Assembly: GCF_006345805.1 (NCBI RefSeq)
Contig: NC_043002.1
Location: 10,354,001-10,418,000, forward strand
DNA: 64,000 nucleotides
Origin: Octopus sinensis
Taxonomy: Eukaryota
Direction: 5' to 3'
The notes beneath the pieces were generated by a model that was given only the letters and a program-made list of their open reading frames with translations, was not told where the DNA came from and did not search any database. Position numbers and translations under genes: made by a program. Numbering within the stretch: position 1 is the stretch's first letter; each line of letters opens with the position of its first letter. Positions 61,158 through 64,000 of this stretch are shown piece after piece.

Positions 61158-63614
61158 AAAAAAAAGGAGTATCAGAATAACAAACTCGGCATCTGGACAA
61201 CTTTGGACCCCCATAACAACTGAAGAGGTCACCCAGGCACTGCAAAGACTAAGCAACTGGAAGGCACCTGGGCATGACAAGATCCCCAACTTCTGGTTGA
61301 AATATCTAACAGGAATGCACAAAAAGCTGGCTGAAAACTTTAACAACGTACTAGCAGAGCCAGAGACAATGCCTGAATGGCTCACGAAGGGGAAAACCAT
61401 CTTAATTCCCAAATCAAATGAAACAGAAAAACCAGAAAACTACACACCAATAACCTGCCTCCCTACTATGTTCAAGGCATTTACTGCAGTGATATCACAA
61501 AGGCTGAACAAGCACCTGGACGAAAACAAACTGTTCCCAGAAGAGCAGAAAGGATGCCGCAAAGGCTCATATGGCTGTAAAGATCAACTAATGATTAATA
61601 AAGCCATAACTGATGACAGCCACAGAAAGAAGAAAGGCCTCAGTATGGCCTAAATTGACTACAAAAAGGCGTTTGATAGCATCCCCCACACATGGATCCT
61701 CGAAGCACTAGCCATTAACAAGGTAGCACCAACAATCATAAAATTCATAGAGCACTCTATGAATAAATGGCAAACAGTCCTACACCTCCAAACAAAAGAG
61801 GGACTCATGAAAACCAAAGACATCCCCATTAGAAGAGGAATATTCCAGGGAGACACGCTCTCTCCACTCCTTTTCTGCTTGGCACTGTCACCTCTCTCTG
61901 ATATGCTAAATAGAACTGGATGCCGATATAAATGTTACGGCAAAACGATCAGCCACCTTTTATATATGGATGGCCTAAAACTATACGCTGCAAATGACAA
62001 ACAGCTGGAAACACTATTAAAGACAGTTCATGGATTTACCAAAGAAATAGATATGAAATTTGGATTAGAAAAATGCGACAAAGTAACCATGAAAAGAGGA
62101 AAACTAGTTAAGAGTAACAACATCACACTAGATAAAACCAATGAAATAAAAGAATTAGACCAAAGCCAAACTTACAAATACTTAGGAATCCATGAACTAG
62201 ATAAGACCACAACACACACAAATGAAAGAGAAAATAAAAAAAGAATATTATAGACGAGTTAGATCAATACTAAAACAGAGCTCAATGCTAAAAACAAGAT
62301 AATAGGTATCAACACTTTAGCTGTCCCAGTTATAAGTTACAGCTACAATATCCTTAACTAGACACGAAATGAACTGACCAAAATAGATAGGAAAACAAGA
62401 AAAATACTGACAGGATCTAGGATGCATCACCCAAAATCTGACATAGAAAGACTATATATACAACGTATAGAAGGTGGTAGAGGCCTTATACAGCTGGAAA
62501 ACTACTATAAAATAACCACCATAGGACTGCAAAAATATCTACTTCAGAAGGAAGGAAAACTGATCCAGATAGCGGCAAAACACGAGCAAAACAAAAAACT
62601 GTTCTCAGTATTAAGGAAGCTGACAAATACAAACAAGAAATCATACCACCTAATATATGAAGAAGAAGAAGAAGGAGATGAAGAAACAACAAAAGCTATA
62701 AAACAAATGAAATCCAAACTAAAAATAGAACAGCAACGAACCATGATAAAACGATGGCAAGAAAAGCCCCTTCATGGTAAATACTGCACTAAACTAAACG
62801 CAAAAGAATAGACAAAAAAATCCCAGCAATGGCTGAGAAGCTCAGGACTCAAAGCAGAAACAGAGGGATTTTTAATTGCAGCACAAGACCAAAGCCTCCC
62901 CACCAGAAATTACCAAAAACATGTAATGAAAAGAAATATTACAAGTAACTGCAGAATATGTGGAGATGGACAAGAAACAATAAATCCTATTATCTCTAGC
63001 TGCCCAGTCTTGGCTAAGAAGGAATATATTCACAGACATGACAGAGTTGGAACCTACATACATTGGAAGCTATGCCAACATTATGGAATAACAACAGAAA
63101 AAAGATGGTATAGGCACACACCAGAAAAGGTCACAGAAAACGAGAAAGCAACCATACTCTGGGATATGCCGATACACACAGATAGAGAAATTAAGGCCAA
63201 CAGACCAGATATAGTTGTCAGAGATCATGAAGAAAAATGCTTTCTAATTGATGTATCAATACCGGCAGATGACAACGTGTCTCTAAAAGAAATGGAGAAA
63301 CTCTCAAAATACAAAGACCTGGAAATAGAGGTAACTAGAATGTGGAATCTGAAAACAGAAACAATTCTATCATAGTAGGTGCATTAGGCATGATAAAAAA
63401 ATATTCAGACAAATACATAAGAAAAAACACAGGACTTACAAACACATATAACATACAGAAAATTGCCCTACTAGGCACTGCACACATCCTACGCAGAACA
63501 CTTTCCATACAGTAACCATCAGAGCATCACAACAAATCACAGCACATACCCAAGGCACATAGAGCTGTCCTCGGTAGTGAAGTGAAAGCACGTTATAAAA
63601 ATAAAGCTACTGAA
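61158..63614 (+). mobile_element. 5'-truncated copy of R4/Dong-like LINE lineage A
   Basis: Colinear and very similar (high-90s % by eye) to 8227-10680, covering RT, CCHC and REL. (AAT)n on both sides. Confidence 0.93.
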
Positions 63615-63625
63615 TGATAATAATG

Positions 63626-63685
<60 letters not shown>

Positions 63686-63716
63686 TAATATAATAATTAA
63701 TTATTATTATTATTAT

Positions 63717-64000
63717 ACCCTGATGCAGTACCAGACAGGGCTCTCATGGCTTCTGATCTTAACTGATTGGAAGTGTTATCATGTACATTGTTTTGTCTTG
63801 GTATAAAGATGGGCTACAGCAAATATTCTGCTCAATACCACAGATTTGCTTGTCAGTTGTTTGACCATAACCAGTTGAGCATGTCCCTTAGTGGCTGACG
63901 ATATGTGCATCTCTGATCACGAGCAGAAGTAGTGGGGGAGCATCATAGCCATGTTTGAGAGGGATTCTTTGGGGTTTGAATAATTCACCTCTGGAAACAT
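63717..64000. repeat. Unclassified element X, copy 3 (runs off window end)
   Basis: CCCTGATGCAGTACCAG... matches 10708 and 30780, preceded by (AAT)n/(ATT)n. Confidence 0.85.

Overview
AT-rich, microsatellite-dense eukaryotic genomic DNA. The SINE and LINE families look like those of an octopod cephalopod (inference from recalled repeat families; no search was run). Almost every ORF in the supplied track is either translated microsatellite or a transposon fragment. Main results: (1) A minus-strand host gene that the ORF track does not resolve. Four GT-AG exons (CDS 36966-37038, 30312-30368, 29848-29985, 27133-27281) splice in frame into a signal-peptide-bearing protein of at least 138 aa, with two tandem C-x5/6-C-x6-W-x7-C-x4-C modules that I cannot assign to a named family. 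(2) Several type I hammerhead ribozyme motifs with tiny palindromic stem III in Penelope-like element (PLE) ends. Three unrelated sequences share a 54-56 nt enlarged stem II domain. (3) At least five lineages of R4/Dong-like REL-endonuclease retrotransposons, mostly in (AAT)n tracts. These include a near full-length copy and a near-identical 5'-truncated copy, and an unexplained ~550 bp element follows such 3' ends three times. (4) Many fold-back structures: a 2-kb inverted duplication, a 320-bp near-perfect palindrome, and several hairpins abutting (TA)n. The rest is tRNA-derived SINEs, Tc1/mariner remnants, a small Helitron, CR1/RTE/Tx1/HERO-like LINE pieces, Gypsy integrase relics and one 100-N gap. 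Repeat boundaries are approximate. Exon and ribozyme coordinates were counted by hand.
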